Shown: piece after piece, positions 42,973-55,001 of the stretch
Numbering within the stretch: position 1 is the first letter of the stretch
Layout: each line of letters starts with the position of its first letter
Assembly: GCA_004431415.1 (NCBI GenBank)
Contig: QPMI01000162.1
Span: 62,001-126,000, forward strand
Source: Cyanophora paradoxa CCMP329
Lineage: Eukaryota; Plantae; Glaucophyta
Reading direction: 5' to 3'
DNA length: 64,000 nucleotides
Translations under genes and position numbers: made by a program
Notes under the pieces: generated by a model
What the model was told of the DNA's origin: nothing
The model's input: the letters and a program-made list of their open reading frames with translations, nothing else
The model's database searches: none

Positions 42973-45900
42973 ATGGCCACTGGCTACCACGAGCGCACGA
43001 AGCATGCGTTCGGCAGGTGAGCATGCCGCGGCGTACGGACGCGTCGCGTACGGACGGGCCGCGCAGGTTCGCGCCGGGACCGGGCCGCATGGACTGGGCG
43101 ACGCAGCCGAGCCCGTACCGGTCCTTCGAGGGGGCCGAGCAGGTCAGAGCGGAGCGCATGGGCTTGCCTTTCCCCGCGAACGCCGCGGCGCAGGTCCCGC
43201 TCGCCTTCCCCGCCCGCGACACGACCCCGCCGTACCACTGGATGTACGAGGCGCGTCCGCCTCGTCGCGCTGCGGATACTCGATCGTGATCTCGGCTTGA
43301 TCGCGCCGGCGGCAGGGAGGAGTGGAGCCGGCGCCCCTGACGGCGGCGTCGCTCTCCTCGCTCCTGTACTACAGCATGGCGCTGGCGGCGGAGAAGCGGG
43401 CGGGGGGGGACGCCTGGCAGCTGCGCGTCAACCCTTCCTCGGGGAATCTTCACCCTACCGAGGCGCGCCCCGAGGCGGGGCGCGAGCGGCGTCGCCCCGC
43501 GCGCGCTCACAGGCGCCCGCGCCGCCGCGCAGTGCTACGTCCTCGTACCCCCCCTCGAGGGGGTGGGGAAGGAGCCCGGAGTGTACCACTACGCTCCCGC
43601 CACGCACGCCCTGGAGCGGCGCGCCGCCGTACCCCTGGAGCGCTGGGCCCCTCACTTCGGTGCGGACCGGAAAGCTCACATGTACCCCTCCATGCCGGTT
43701 ACTGACGCCGGTGCACCGTAGGCCCCTCGGGCCTGCCCTCCGGCGCGTTTCTCGTCGGGCTATCCTCCATCTACTGGCGCGAGGCCTGGAAATACGGCGA
43801 GAGGTGCGTACCCCCCCCCTCTCCGCGGGGCGTTCCGTGTACTCCCTCCGCCGACGGGGGTACGGGTAGGGCGTACCGGTACTGCAACCACGACACCGGG
43901 CACGCGCTCGCCGCCCTGCGGCTCTCCGCTGGGATGCTGGCGCGCCGTACCCCACCCACCCGCACCGTGTACCCCTCCCCGACGGCCTCTTTTCGCAGGG
44001 CTGGGGCCTCCGAGTACTCGGTTCGCTTTTGGACGACGACGTCGCCTCGGCGCTGGGCACTGACAGGGCCCGCGACTTCCGGTACCCCTCCCTTCCCCCC
44101 TTCCCGCCCCAAAGCCCGAGGGGTCCCCGGCGGGTGCAGAGAGCACGAGCGGGAGGAGCCGGAGCTGCTGGCGGTGGTGTACCCCTCCGGCCCGCCCGAG
44201 CCGGACCTGGGGCGGTTCGCGCGGGAGGACGCGGCGGCGGCGGGGCTGGCGGAGGACGCGCGGGCGGAGGGGCGCTGGGCCGGCGCCGCGAACGAGCTCA
44301 CGCGGCCCGGCGGGCACCACCCCTGGCCGGCCATCGACGTGCGCACCCGACCCGCCCGCCCGCCCGCCCGCGCGCCCCGCGGCCGCCGTCCGAGCCCTTC
44401 GACTCCGTCCCAGATCGTCGCCGACGCGTGTCGCAAGCCTCGGACGGCGCCGCTCGCCCCGCCGCCCGGCCCCGCCGAGCCCTCTCGTGGCCTGCACGCC
44501 CCGCCGGGCGTCTCCGCCGGCCACATCGCCCGCACGCGGAGGCGAGCCCCCCGCCCCGCCCCCGCCAGCGCCCTTCCCTTCTCCGCCCTTCGCCGACCCT
44601 GCGCCGGGGCGCGGCCGGCCTCAGGTCGGTGTGGCGTATGGACAAGCGGACCTCAATGCCAGCCCCCGCCTTCTTTGCGTGCCTCGCCCGCACCGTCCCG
44701 GGTGCCCTCGTCCGCCGGCCCCCCTTCGACGCCCAGGTACGTGGGGCCGCCCTTTCGGCCCCGCCTGCCCCCACTGACTCACGACGGGGCGCAGCTGGGG
44801 GCCTGGCCGGTGCTTGTACCCCTCCTCATCGTCTTCGTCCACCGCGTCGACGGCATCCCCTCCGGTACCCCCTTCTCACCCCCCCCCCCCCCCGGCGGGG
44901 TGTACGTTAAAGCCTACCCCTTTCCCTTCAGGCCTGTACGCCCTTCTCCGGGACCCCGCGTACGAGGAGGCGGTACGCCGTAACCCCGTCCTCGCGATCG
45001 CGGTACCCCCGCAGACAGCCGGACCGCCGGCAGGCCCGAGGGCTGCTTCGCCCCACCGATTTCGTCCGGCGGCACCTCGGAAGGGTACAGGGATCCCCCG
45101 CCCTTCCCTGTACCCCGCCCTAAAGCCCCATTTCAGGATGAGTTCGAGTGGACTCCGGTGGAGGGGGCGGCCGCGGCCGGAGCGCCCCTCTTCCGCCTCG
45201 CAGCCGCCAACTTTGAGGCCGTCTCCGAGCGGGTACCCCCCTTGCCCTCCGATCCCCAGGGCCTTGCACTCGTACCCCTCCCCTTCCTCAACCCCCCCTC
45301 CCCTTCAGGTAAGCTGCGACCAGGACATCGCCTCCGACGGCTGCTTTTCCCTCGGTACCCCCGCCCACTGCCCCCCCTACCCTTCCCCCCCCCCCCCCTC
45401 GCCGGCACCCGAGCGCGCCGCAGGGATGCTGGCGCGGCTCGCCCCCGCCCTGCGCGAGATAGGGGTACACGCCTACCGCCTTCTCTTCTGGGAGGCCGGC
45501 GCCGTGGGGCAGGCGTGCCCGTACCCCCTGCGAGCCCCCCCTCCACGTGATCGCACCCTCACGGGGGAGCGCGATCGGTATCAGGTTCTGTACCTCGAAG
45601 CCGAGGCGGCGGGTCTGCGGGGTACGGGGATGGTGCGCCCCCGAGCTCTCCACTCCTTCTCTGGATCTAGATCTAGATCTGCAGTCCTAGACCCACGGCC
45701 TCTGAATCTCTTTGAATTCCGTAAATCTCTCAGGGATGCTACTTCGATGACCCGGTCCACGGGGTACGCCTTTTCATGCAGGTTGCTTGGTCGCGCCCAG
45801 GCCTTGGCCCCCTTCAGCTATAGCTCACGGCCGGTACCCCGGTGCCCTTCCCCTTTCTCAGGTCTTCGGCGTTAGGGGGGACGGCTTGCAGAGCGTGTAT

Positions 45901-46103
45901 CACTTTGCAGGTGCTCATGATCATGATCACCTCGGCACTGCTAGTTTTGGCTCCGAGCTCGAGGCCGCGGGCGGCGCCACAATACAATCGTTGAACCGCG
46001 CCCCATTAAATATTCGAATTCCGTGCGCGCAGTGGGAGCAGGCGAGACGGACAGCCGCCTCCAGACGTCGGATCCGTACCGCTCGCTCCGTGCTGGGCGG
46101 TAA
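42973..46103 (+). CDS. SagB/ThcOx-like tandem nitroreductase-family flavoprotein, multi-exon (start uncertain)
   Basis: YHERTKH, MDWATQPSPYRSF, LRVNPSSGNLHPTE, YHYAP..HALE, WREAWKYGER|AYRYCNHDTGHA, SCDQDIASDGCF, YRLLFWEAGAVGQ|VLYLEAEA and GCYFDDPVH. Confidence 0.88.
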
Positions 46104-47606
46104 TGTATACATACGTATACGTGACTTTCACTTCGTAATTTATTTAAACTATGGGGAGCTCCACCCGATTTTTAGATCATATGCATGAGCCGCCGCGGGG
46201 CTAGCACTGCAGCGCTAGCTGAGCTCGTGAGGGCCCAGGCCGGGTCCGGGGGGCCGGGAGGGGGGAGGGAGGGGGGGGGAGGGGGGAGGGGGGGGAGGGG
46301 CGGGAGAGAAAGAGCCTCGAGCTCGAGTACTAGTCACTGATCATGAGCCTCGGAGCTCGAGTTCGAAGCGCTAGCGAAGGCCTATATATAGCTAAGGGAA
46401 GCGTACGCGTTCCGGGATCCGGATGCATTAATACTAATATTACCATTTTAATTTGTCAGATCTAGAGGGCCCCGGCCCGGCCGCGGGGGCCGGCCCGCGG
46501 GATCCGAGCACCGAGCTCGAGCGTGCCGCAGTGCGCGTGCGCATGCGGCGCCCCCCGCGCGCCGCGGCGCGGCCGGCGCCGGCGCAACTAGTACCGCAGT
46601 ACTGTTAACGTTGAGTCAGCTGCAGTGTTGACTCGCGATATATCGATCGAGCTCACTGAGCGAGTCAGCTGCAGTGAACGGCGCGCGGAACGCGCGGCCG
46701 CGGGGCCGGGGGCCCGCGCTGCAGCTGGGCCGCCAGGTTCAGGGAGCTCGATCGCGGCCGCGGAGGACCCCGCGGCCGGGCCGCGGTGCACGTGGCCTAG
46801 GGGAAGGATCACCGGGCGGTAGCTCGGTACCCGGTAGTCCACCCGCTGTCCGGGCCCGGGTACCGCACATACATGCGCCGATCTGCATATATATATACAT
46901 GCACCGAATGCCACCGAATGGCACCGATCGATCGATCCGCCGGCGACCGGCTAGCCAATGGTACGCGAGCGGCCAAAAAGCGCGGCGAATTAGAATGCGA
47001 TTCCTGAGTTCCCGGAGGTTTTTGATTAAATCCGCGATATTCGATACCTTTTGGGGATACCGGTACGTCCCTTTTTTTCTGCCGTTCGCTTCTCCCCCCC
47101 AAGGAATTGACATGCGTGTGCTTCTTGTACGCCGGTGCGTAGCGCCTAGCTGCCTTAGCCTGCCTAGCAGCTAGCTAGCGTATACCAGCAGTCTAATTAC
47201 CAGCAGCAGCGCCATCAGCAGCAGCAAGAACGTGGGCGCGTGCTCGTGGTCTAGACGGCGCCCCTCCGCAGACGCCGCCAGCTGCACTCCGCCTGTGGTG
47301 CCAGTTCTCCTTAGTCTCCGAATCAGTGTCAGCTTTTCGGCGAGACTCCAGCTGCAGCTTGCAGCAAGCGCGCAGCGAGACTTGATTCTCAAACCGTGAG
47401 AGTCGGTCACATCCCTCCTCGCTTGCGGCGCTGGCGGGGCGGGTGTGCGAAATGCGATGGGCGAGCCGGAGGGGAAGCATTCCCGGCGAAGTAGCAGCGG
47501 CAGCGAGAAGGTTGGCAGCACCAGCGAGAAGGAGACACAAGTGCGTGAAGAGCCGCCGCGCATCGACCCCGCAAGCTCATGACCCAACCCCGCCGCGCAG
47601 ATCGAA

Positions 47607-50391
47607 ATGATCATCAAAACGGTGTCCACGCAGGGTTCAGCGGCCATCCGCATGTCCTACAGCTCGCATGCCACGGGCCCCGCTGGCGACATCGATGCAC
47701 CGACCGCCGTCACGGAAGGCCTCCGGGCGGCGGAGGCGGCAGCGGCGGTCATGGCAGGCGCGCCGTCGCGCTCCGGGGATATCCCCTCGAGACCGTCGAT
47801 CAAGCGGCGGCGGGCGACGCTCGCCGACCTGCCGGCCGCGCACAGCGAGTGCGCTTGCCCGCCCCGCGCGCGGCGCCGCGGAGCGCGCCGGCGAGCCGCG
47901 CGCGCAGGTCGATGCGGCGGGCGATGCTGGACGACGAGGGGGCGGCCCCGATCGAGAGCAAGGCGCTGGGCACGCGCCTGAGCTTCTCGGACGGATCGCT
48001 CGAGGACCGGTACCGCGTGTGGCGCGGGGCGACCTCCATGCAGCACGGCTGCTACGCCGCGATCTTCTGGACGGCCTGCTGGATCGCCGGCGTGGCGGCG
48101 CGCCACGCGCTCTACGGCCCGCGCCTCACCTCGCTCGTCCCGGCGGTGGTCGTCTGCGTCATCCTCGCCGTCTTCTCTGCGGCGCTCGTCCTTGGCACGA
48201 TCTTCGGATCCCGCTTTATCCGCCACAGCTGGCAGGCGCGCCCCTGCGCCGCCCGCCCCCCGCCCCCCGCCCGGCGCCCTCGCCCGCTCGCGCCGGCCTG
48301 AGCGCGGCGCGCGCGCCGCCCCGCAGGCGACCGCCCAGGGCCTCCTCTTCGTCTCCGTGGCTGTCGTTAACTACCTCTCGATTCACGAGCCCGAAACCAA
48401 GTACCCCCTCGTCTTCTGCGTCGTGCGCGCCGCCCGCCGCCGCCCGCCGGCCCGCCGGCCGGCCGGCCGGCCCGCCTGCCCCGTCCGCGCCGACCGGACG
48501 GCCGCGCCCCAGATCACGAACCTGACGGTGAACCTGGCCACGCTGTCGTTCGCGCTGCCGACGGGGAACGTGGCGATGCTCTCGGGCGCCTCGGCCGCCG
48601 TCCTGGCGCTCCAGGGCGCCCTTATCGAGGAGATCCGCTACAGGTGCCGCCGCCGCCGCCGCTCCGGGAGCCTGCGGGGCCCTAGGGATGTGACGACGCG
48701 GCGGGCGGCAGCATGGTGACGTGGATCGCCGTCGCGATGCTCATCATCAACCTCTGCACCTGGTGCGCCCCGCCCCGCCCCGTCTGCCGCCGGCTCGGGG
48801 CAGAAGCAAGCGTGGCGGCGGGCTGCAAAGAGCTGTGTCGAAGGAAGCGCCGCTAGAGTCACTTCGGGGGGCGGGCCGGGATGGGCCCGGGGGAAGCAAG
48901 CGAGCGAGCTGGCTGCGGCTGACCCCTTCGGGGGCCAGGACGTATGCGTCGGTGCAGCTTGAGCGCTGGAAGCGGTCGGAGTACCGGCGGGCGGACCTCT
49001 ACTCGCACCGCGTCCGCCAGGAGGCCGCCCGCTCCGAGCAGCTCGCCCGCGAGCTCAGGGCGCGCCCCGCCCCCGCCCCCGCCCCGCGATGCTCCGTGAT
49101 GCTCTAGGCCCCGCCCCGCCTCGAGATTCCATAGAGACTCTAGGCCCCGCTTCGCGCCACTCCCCTCCGCCCGCCCGTCCAGGCCCCGCCGCGCTTCTTT
49201 CCCGCGCCGCGCCTCGCCTGTCCGCCGCACCGCGCTCACGTCGCGCGTGCGCAGGAGCTGCGGGAGCAGCGGGAGCGGGAGCGGGCGGAGGCGGCGGAGG
49301 AGAAGCGCAAGAAGTCCTCCTTCGTCATCTCCCAGCCCATCGAGGTGCGCGCAGGCGGGGGGCCGGGCGGGCGGGCCGGCGGGCGGGCCGGCGGGCGGGC
49401 GGGCGGGCGGGCGGGCGGGCGGGCGGGCGGGCGGGCGGGCGGGCGGGCCGCCCCTCGGGCACCCCTCACTGGACGGCCGGGGCAGCGCGTGGTGGCGTCG
49501 GTGCAGACGCTGAAGGAGCGGGCGGAGGAGGACGGGCGCGCCGAGGACCAGCGCCTCCTCGACGAACTCCTCGAGACCGGTGCGCCCGCCCGCCCGCTGT
49601 CCGCAGTCCGCAGTCCGCGGTCCGGTCCGGTCCGGTCCGGCCCGGTCGGTCCGGTCCGGTCCGGTCCGGGAGAGGGAGGCGGCAGGCCGTCTAGAGCGAT
49701 GCCCTTAGACACGGCACGGGCCGGGGCTGCTCTGCTCTGCTATGCTCTGCTGCCGATGGACGACCCAGGCTGCTGCTCTGCTCTGCTCTAGGGGTTGGGG
49801 GGCTTGGGGCTTGGGGCCCCCCGAGGCCTCTCCCCGCTGTCTAAATCCCGCGGGGCGCAGTGAGCGCGACGGCCAACCTTTTCGTGCCGGAGCTGGCGCG
49901 CACCTCGGCCGACGCCGACGACCCCCTCCTCGCCTCCTGGCTCCAGCTCGAGGTGCCCGCCTGCCGTCGCGGACGAGCTTGTACCCCCGCGCCTCGCGCC
50001 GCGCGCCTCACTTCGTTCGCCTTAGCTCTCGCCGACGACGCGGCGGCTGAGGAACGCCTCCTTCCGGTCCAACCTCCCCAGCACCTTCGGCGACATGTCC
50101 TTCCGGTGCGGCCTCCTTCTTCTTCGGTTTTGACGCGGCCCGGCCGCCCGCCCGCCCCTCGAGATCTGACCGACGCCACCGACCGGCTCTCGCCCCCTTC
50201 TTCCTTCCTTCCTTCCTACGCGCAGGCGCCGGGAGTCGGCGCTGCTGACGATGGGCCGCCGCTCCTCGCGCCGCTTCTCCGCCGCGCCCAACGCCCTCGC
50301 TTCGTTCCGCCTGCCCCCCAGGTGCCAGCGAGCCGAACGACAGCGCGCGCAGTCGCGCTGACGGACGCCCTGGGGGGCGGCAGCTCGGAAA

Positions 50392-50433
<42 letters not shown>

Positions 50434-53400
50434 GGGCTGGGGCGGGGGAGGGGGCGGACCCGCTGGGCCCCGTGGTGGCCGCCCTGCTGCCTGAGGAGGA
50501 CCAGGCCCTCCGCGCCCTCCTCCCCCGCGCCAAGGACTGGTCCGCCCCCCCGCCCGCCCCCCCGCCCTCAGATAGATAGATAGCTCCGAGCGGGATCGCT
50601 CTCCCTCCCTCGCTTGGAGGGGGCGGGGGCGGAGGGGCGCTGCCCCGGGGGGGCGGGCCGCTGAGGGTGCCGCGCTCGCCCGGCAGGGACTTCGACACGA
50701 TGGAGCTGGACAGCCTCACCGACGGCCGCGCCCTGCGCGTCCTCGCGTGCGCCCGCCCGCCATGCCCCACGCCCCCACCCGCCCGTCCACGCTCGCCCCC
50801 TCTTGCCGACGCTCGCGCAGGCTCCACTTCTTCCACGACCTCGGCTTCGCCCGCACCTACAAGCTCGACGCCAACAAGGTGCCGGCCTGCCGGGCCCCTA
50901 GCGTGGCGCTGCGTAGCGTGGCGCAGCGCAGCGCAGCGTAGCGCCGAGCCGGAGCGAGCGAGCGAGCGAGCTTGCGCTGACCACCGTCCCGCCCGGCCCG
51001 GCCCAGTTCTTCAACTTCCTGGAGGCGGTGGACGCGGCATACAACGCCAACTGGTACCACAACGGGGTCCGCCCGCCCGCCCGCCCGCCCCACTGCCCCA
51101 CTGCTGCCCCCTCGCCCGGCCGCCGAGCTGACTCGACTCGACTCGACTCGACCTGACTCGGTGCAGACGCACGCGGCGGACGTGCTGCAGGCGGTCGTCT
51201 CGCTGCTGACGAGCCCGGGCCTCCGCCAGCACCTAAACGACCTCGAGCGCCTCGGTCCGCCCCCGCCCCCGCCTCCCTGCCCAGCTCGGCTCCCTCAGCT
51301 CGCCCGCTCACGCTGCGCTCGCTCGCTCGCGTGCTTTCAGCGGCGCTGCTGGCTGCGATCGTGCACGACATGGGCCACGAGGGCCGCAACAACAACTTCG
51401 AGGTCCGTGCCGGCTAGAGGGGACACCGGGACGGCTAGAGGGGACACCGCCGGGACGGCGCTCTCCGGCCCGCCTCCACTGGCACGCCTAGTGCTCTCCA
51501 CTGCCCTTTACCACGCGCCCCGCCCCGCCGCGCCGCCCCGCCCTGCCGTCCCTCCTCCCCCTCATCCCTCGCCTCAGATCGCGACGGCGTCGGAGCGGGC
51601 GCTCATCTACAACGACCGGAGCGTCCTCGAGAACTACCACGTCTCCCGCTGCTTCCTCGTCCTCCGCCAGGCACGCCTCAGCGGCCCGGTCCCGCCGCCA
51701 GCCAGCTCGCCGCTGAGCTTTGCTCGGCTTTGCTTTGCGCAGGCGGACTGCGACTTCCTGGGGTGCCTGCCGGTCGCGGACCGCAAGGCGCTGCGCCGCT
51801 GCGTCATCGACGCCGTCCTCGCCACCGACATCTCCCGTGCGCCGCGCCCGCCCGCCAGCTTTTAGAGAGCGGGAGCTAGTAGCACGCGGACGGGTGTCTG
51901 TCTGTCGCGCCCACCTTGCTATTGAGAGCTGCTTATGTCGCCCGCCCACCCGTCCGCTTTAAGCTATTAGGAGCTAGCGCGCACTGGCGTATCTGTCTTT
52001 CAGACCCGCTCGGGACGAAGCCTGCCTGCCGCTGACGGGCAGCCCAGGCCACTTCGAGCTGCTGGGGGCCTTCAAGGCGCAGAGCGGCCTCTCGACCTTC
52101 GGCAAGACCGGCGAGGACCGCCAGGTCCCCCCCCCCCCCCCCCCTCCGCCCGTGCCGCCCGCGTCGGATCCAATCCAACCGCCCTCCCGCCCCCCGCTCA
52201 GATGGTGCTCAACGCGCTCGTGAAGTGCGCGGACCTCGCGAACGCGGCGCGCCCGCTCCCCATCTACCGCCGCTGGGCAGACTGGGTCATGCAGGCGCGC
52301 CCCCGCCCGCCCGCCCCCTCGGCCCTTCTTCTCTCCTTTTCTCGCCCTTGACCTCACTCTTCTTCTTCTTCCCGCAGGAGTTCTACGAGCAGGGGGACGA
52401 CGAGAAGAGGCTAGGGCTCCCCGTCAGCCCCTGGATGGACCGCGACCGGCCCCAGATCCCCCAGTGCCAGACGTGCGCCCCCGCGCCCGTACCCCCCCTC
52501 GGCCGCCGCCGTCGTTTCTTACCGCGGGGGGTACGCCGCGCAGCGGCTTCATTGACTTCCTCGTCGAGCCGCTGTACGCTGCCTGGGCGCAGAAGTTCCC
52601 CGGTGCGTGCAGCGCGGGCCCGAAAGGAAGGAGAAAGAAAGATAGGAAAAGAAAGGAAAGGAGCTGCCACGCGCTGACGTTTCCCCCCCGCGCGCGCCGC
52701 AGACTTCCAGCCCAAGCTGGACCAGGTCCAGGCCAACCGCGCCTACTGGAAGAAGGCGTGCCCCGCGCCGCTCCGCCAGCCGCCCTGCGCGCTTGTTGCT
52801 GCTCCTCTCACCGTCGTTTTCGTTCGTTCCCGCCGCAGGTGATCGAGTCGGGCGGCGAGGGCATCGGCAGCGGGAGCGTGAGCCCCGCGGGCCCGATCAG
52901 CAGCGCCCCCGTGACGTGCGCTCGCGCCCGCCACCACACTCCGCGCTGGCGCGCCGACGCGGCCGCGCCGCCCGCCGCGCCGCAGGTTGACGCGAAGGCG
53001 GAGCAGCACGTGCAGCGCCGGCGCCGAGGCCGCGACGGACGCCGCCGCCGCCGCCGCCAGCGCCGCCATCGCCGCCCAGACCGCCTCGATCTCGGCGACC
53101 GTCACCGCGCCGCTCCTGGGCCCCTCCACGCCGGCCGACACGCCGCCACACGGCTCGCCATCCGCGTCCACGGGCCTCGTGCCCTCCATCGCCATGCTCA
53201 CGTCCGCCGCCTCGGCCTCCTCCGCCGCCGCCGCCACCGCGGCCGCGCGCAAGTCGCCGGTGCCGGGGGCGGCCCCTGCGCAGCTCTCGTTCTCCATCGG
53301 GGCGCCCAACATCCCGCCGCCCCCTACGAACCTCCTCGTCGGCCTCGGGAGCCTCGCCCCGGACCCGATCGCTCTGCCCCGCCGGCGGCCGCGCAGGCGC

Positions 53401-54104
53401 CGGCGCCGGCGCCGGCGCCGGCGTGGGTCGCGGCGCCCCCGCCCGAGCTACTGCAGCAGCAGCAGCAGCAGGCGGCGGCGGCGCACCCCTTCGCGCCGGA
53501 GCCGACCAGCCCCGCATCGTCCGGCTCCGGCCGCACCGAGCCGCCGGCCGCCGCCGCCGCCGGCGGGACGCCGCCGCTGGTCGGGCTCGCGCAGGCGGCG
53601 CGGGCTCAGGCGGCGCTGGGCGGGAGCGAGCGGCGCTCGAGCACGCCGACCAAGTCCTCCCTCCGCAACCGCAACTCGATCTCGCTCGGCGGCGCCCGCC
53701 CCGACTCGCCCGCCGACGCCGGCGCCGGGGGCGAGGGCGCCCCCTTCGACCCCAACGGGAGCATCCGGTGCCCCCTCTTTGCCTCTCCCGTCCCGTCTGG
53801 ATGCCCCCCCGCTGACCCCGCGCCCAGGCGACGCTCTGTGATGTTCTCGGGGCGGGACGTGCGCCTCTTCAGCAAGGAGGAGGCGATCTCGTCCCCCGCG
53901 GGGGGCGCCTCCGCCCCGCCCCCGACCTGGGCGCCACTCGACGGCGGCCCGGGCGCCGGCGGCGGCGGCGGCGGCTTCGGCAGCCTCGGATTCTCCGTGC
54001 TCGGCGCCGCCCCGCCCCCTTCCTCCGAGGGCGCCGGCGTGACCCCGGCCGCCCCCTCGTCCTCCGACTCGATTCTGGGTCGTCGGCGCTCTCGCCCGCA
54101 GTAG
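47607..54104 (+). CDS. Membrane-anchored class I cyclic-nucleotide phosphodiesterase (about 6 TM, coiled coil, PDEase_I), multi-exon (start uncertain)
   Basis: YHNG|THAADV, AAIVHDMGHEGRNNNF, YNDRSVLENYH, VLATDI, KCADLAN, EFYEQGDDEK and Q|SGFIDFLVEP. Hydrophobic exons at 48040-48760. Confidence 0.9.
49360..49670 (+). repeat. Intronic (GGGC)n and (TCCGG)n microsatellites
   Basis: Runs at ~49360-49450 and ~49615-49670. Confidence 0.75.
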
Positions 54105-55001
54105 CAGCGGCACCGTACCGTGCCCCGCTGCTTCGTGCCGCGCTTCTTATCGTGTCGCTTCCGGCTCCACTCCGCGCCTTGCGCCCGGCGACCTTCGCCG
54201 CGGCGCCTTTTATCGTTGTCGCACCTCCGGGCTTTCCGTATTTTCGTATCCATTTCCTTATCATTTTAATGATTTTCATGCTTTTTTGCTTCACGTATCG
54301 CTTTTATGGTATCGGTCGGCTCGTCATTCATTCATTTCTCTACTACGCTAGTTAGTTTAGCGGGAGCCGCGAGTCTCCTCCTTGTACTCCCACGCTTCGC
54401 GGGGCCAGAGGCCGCCTGCAGCTGTGTGCTCTATCGTTCGCTTACTCGCCCGCGCGCGCGGGCAACTCGCATCGCAGCAGTCCCCGCCAATTCCCCTTCC
54501 GCCTGCCAGTCAGGCGTTGTTCATATGGTATTTGTCTATGTAGAAAAATCAATTAATCTCAACGACTGACGTCGACACGAACCGCTGGAGCCGGCAATTG
54601 GACCTCAGGGCCTCTGGATCCTGTAGGCCTAGGCCTAGTCTTGGGCTGTGGGATTCCGGGACCGCCGATACTATGATATCGATCGCAAGCGTCGCCTTGA
54701 CGAGCCTCAGAGCATATGCGCATGCATCGCGATCGCGATCGGAGCCTTTATATTATAAATTAAGACTCCATTCATATTGCAATTGACCACTCGCGAGCTC
54801 AATATATATATATATTAATTGCAAGCTCATCATCGCTGCGCATGCATGAGTGCCATGCCGGAGATATCGACATACACGGATACGCGCATAATGGATTCAA
54901 ATGAACATGTACAGATTGCAGGGAGGGAGTGAGCGGGGGCGCATGCAGGGGGCGCAAAAACGCGCCCCGCGGTTCAAAAAATCAGATCAGATCAGATCAG
55001 A

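Noticed and set aside
46235-46305. G-tract (G-quadruplex-like or telomere-like)
   Set aside because: An irregular low-complexity run with no fixed telomeric unit. Similar runs are common in introns here.
48040-48760. Rhodopsin-phosphodiesterase
   Set aside because: No helix-G DxxxK retinal-binding motif or helix-C RYxxW motif was seen in the TM exons.
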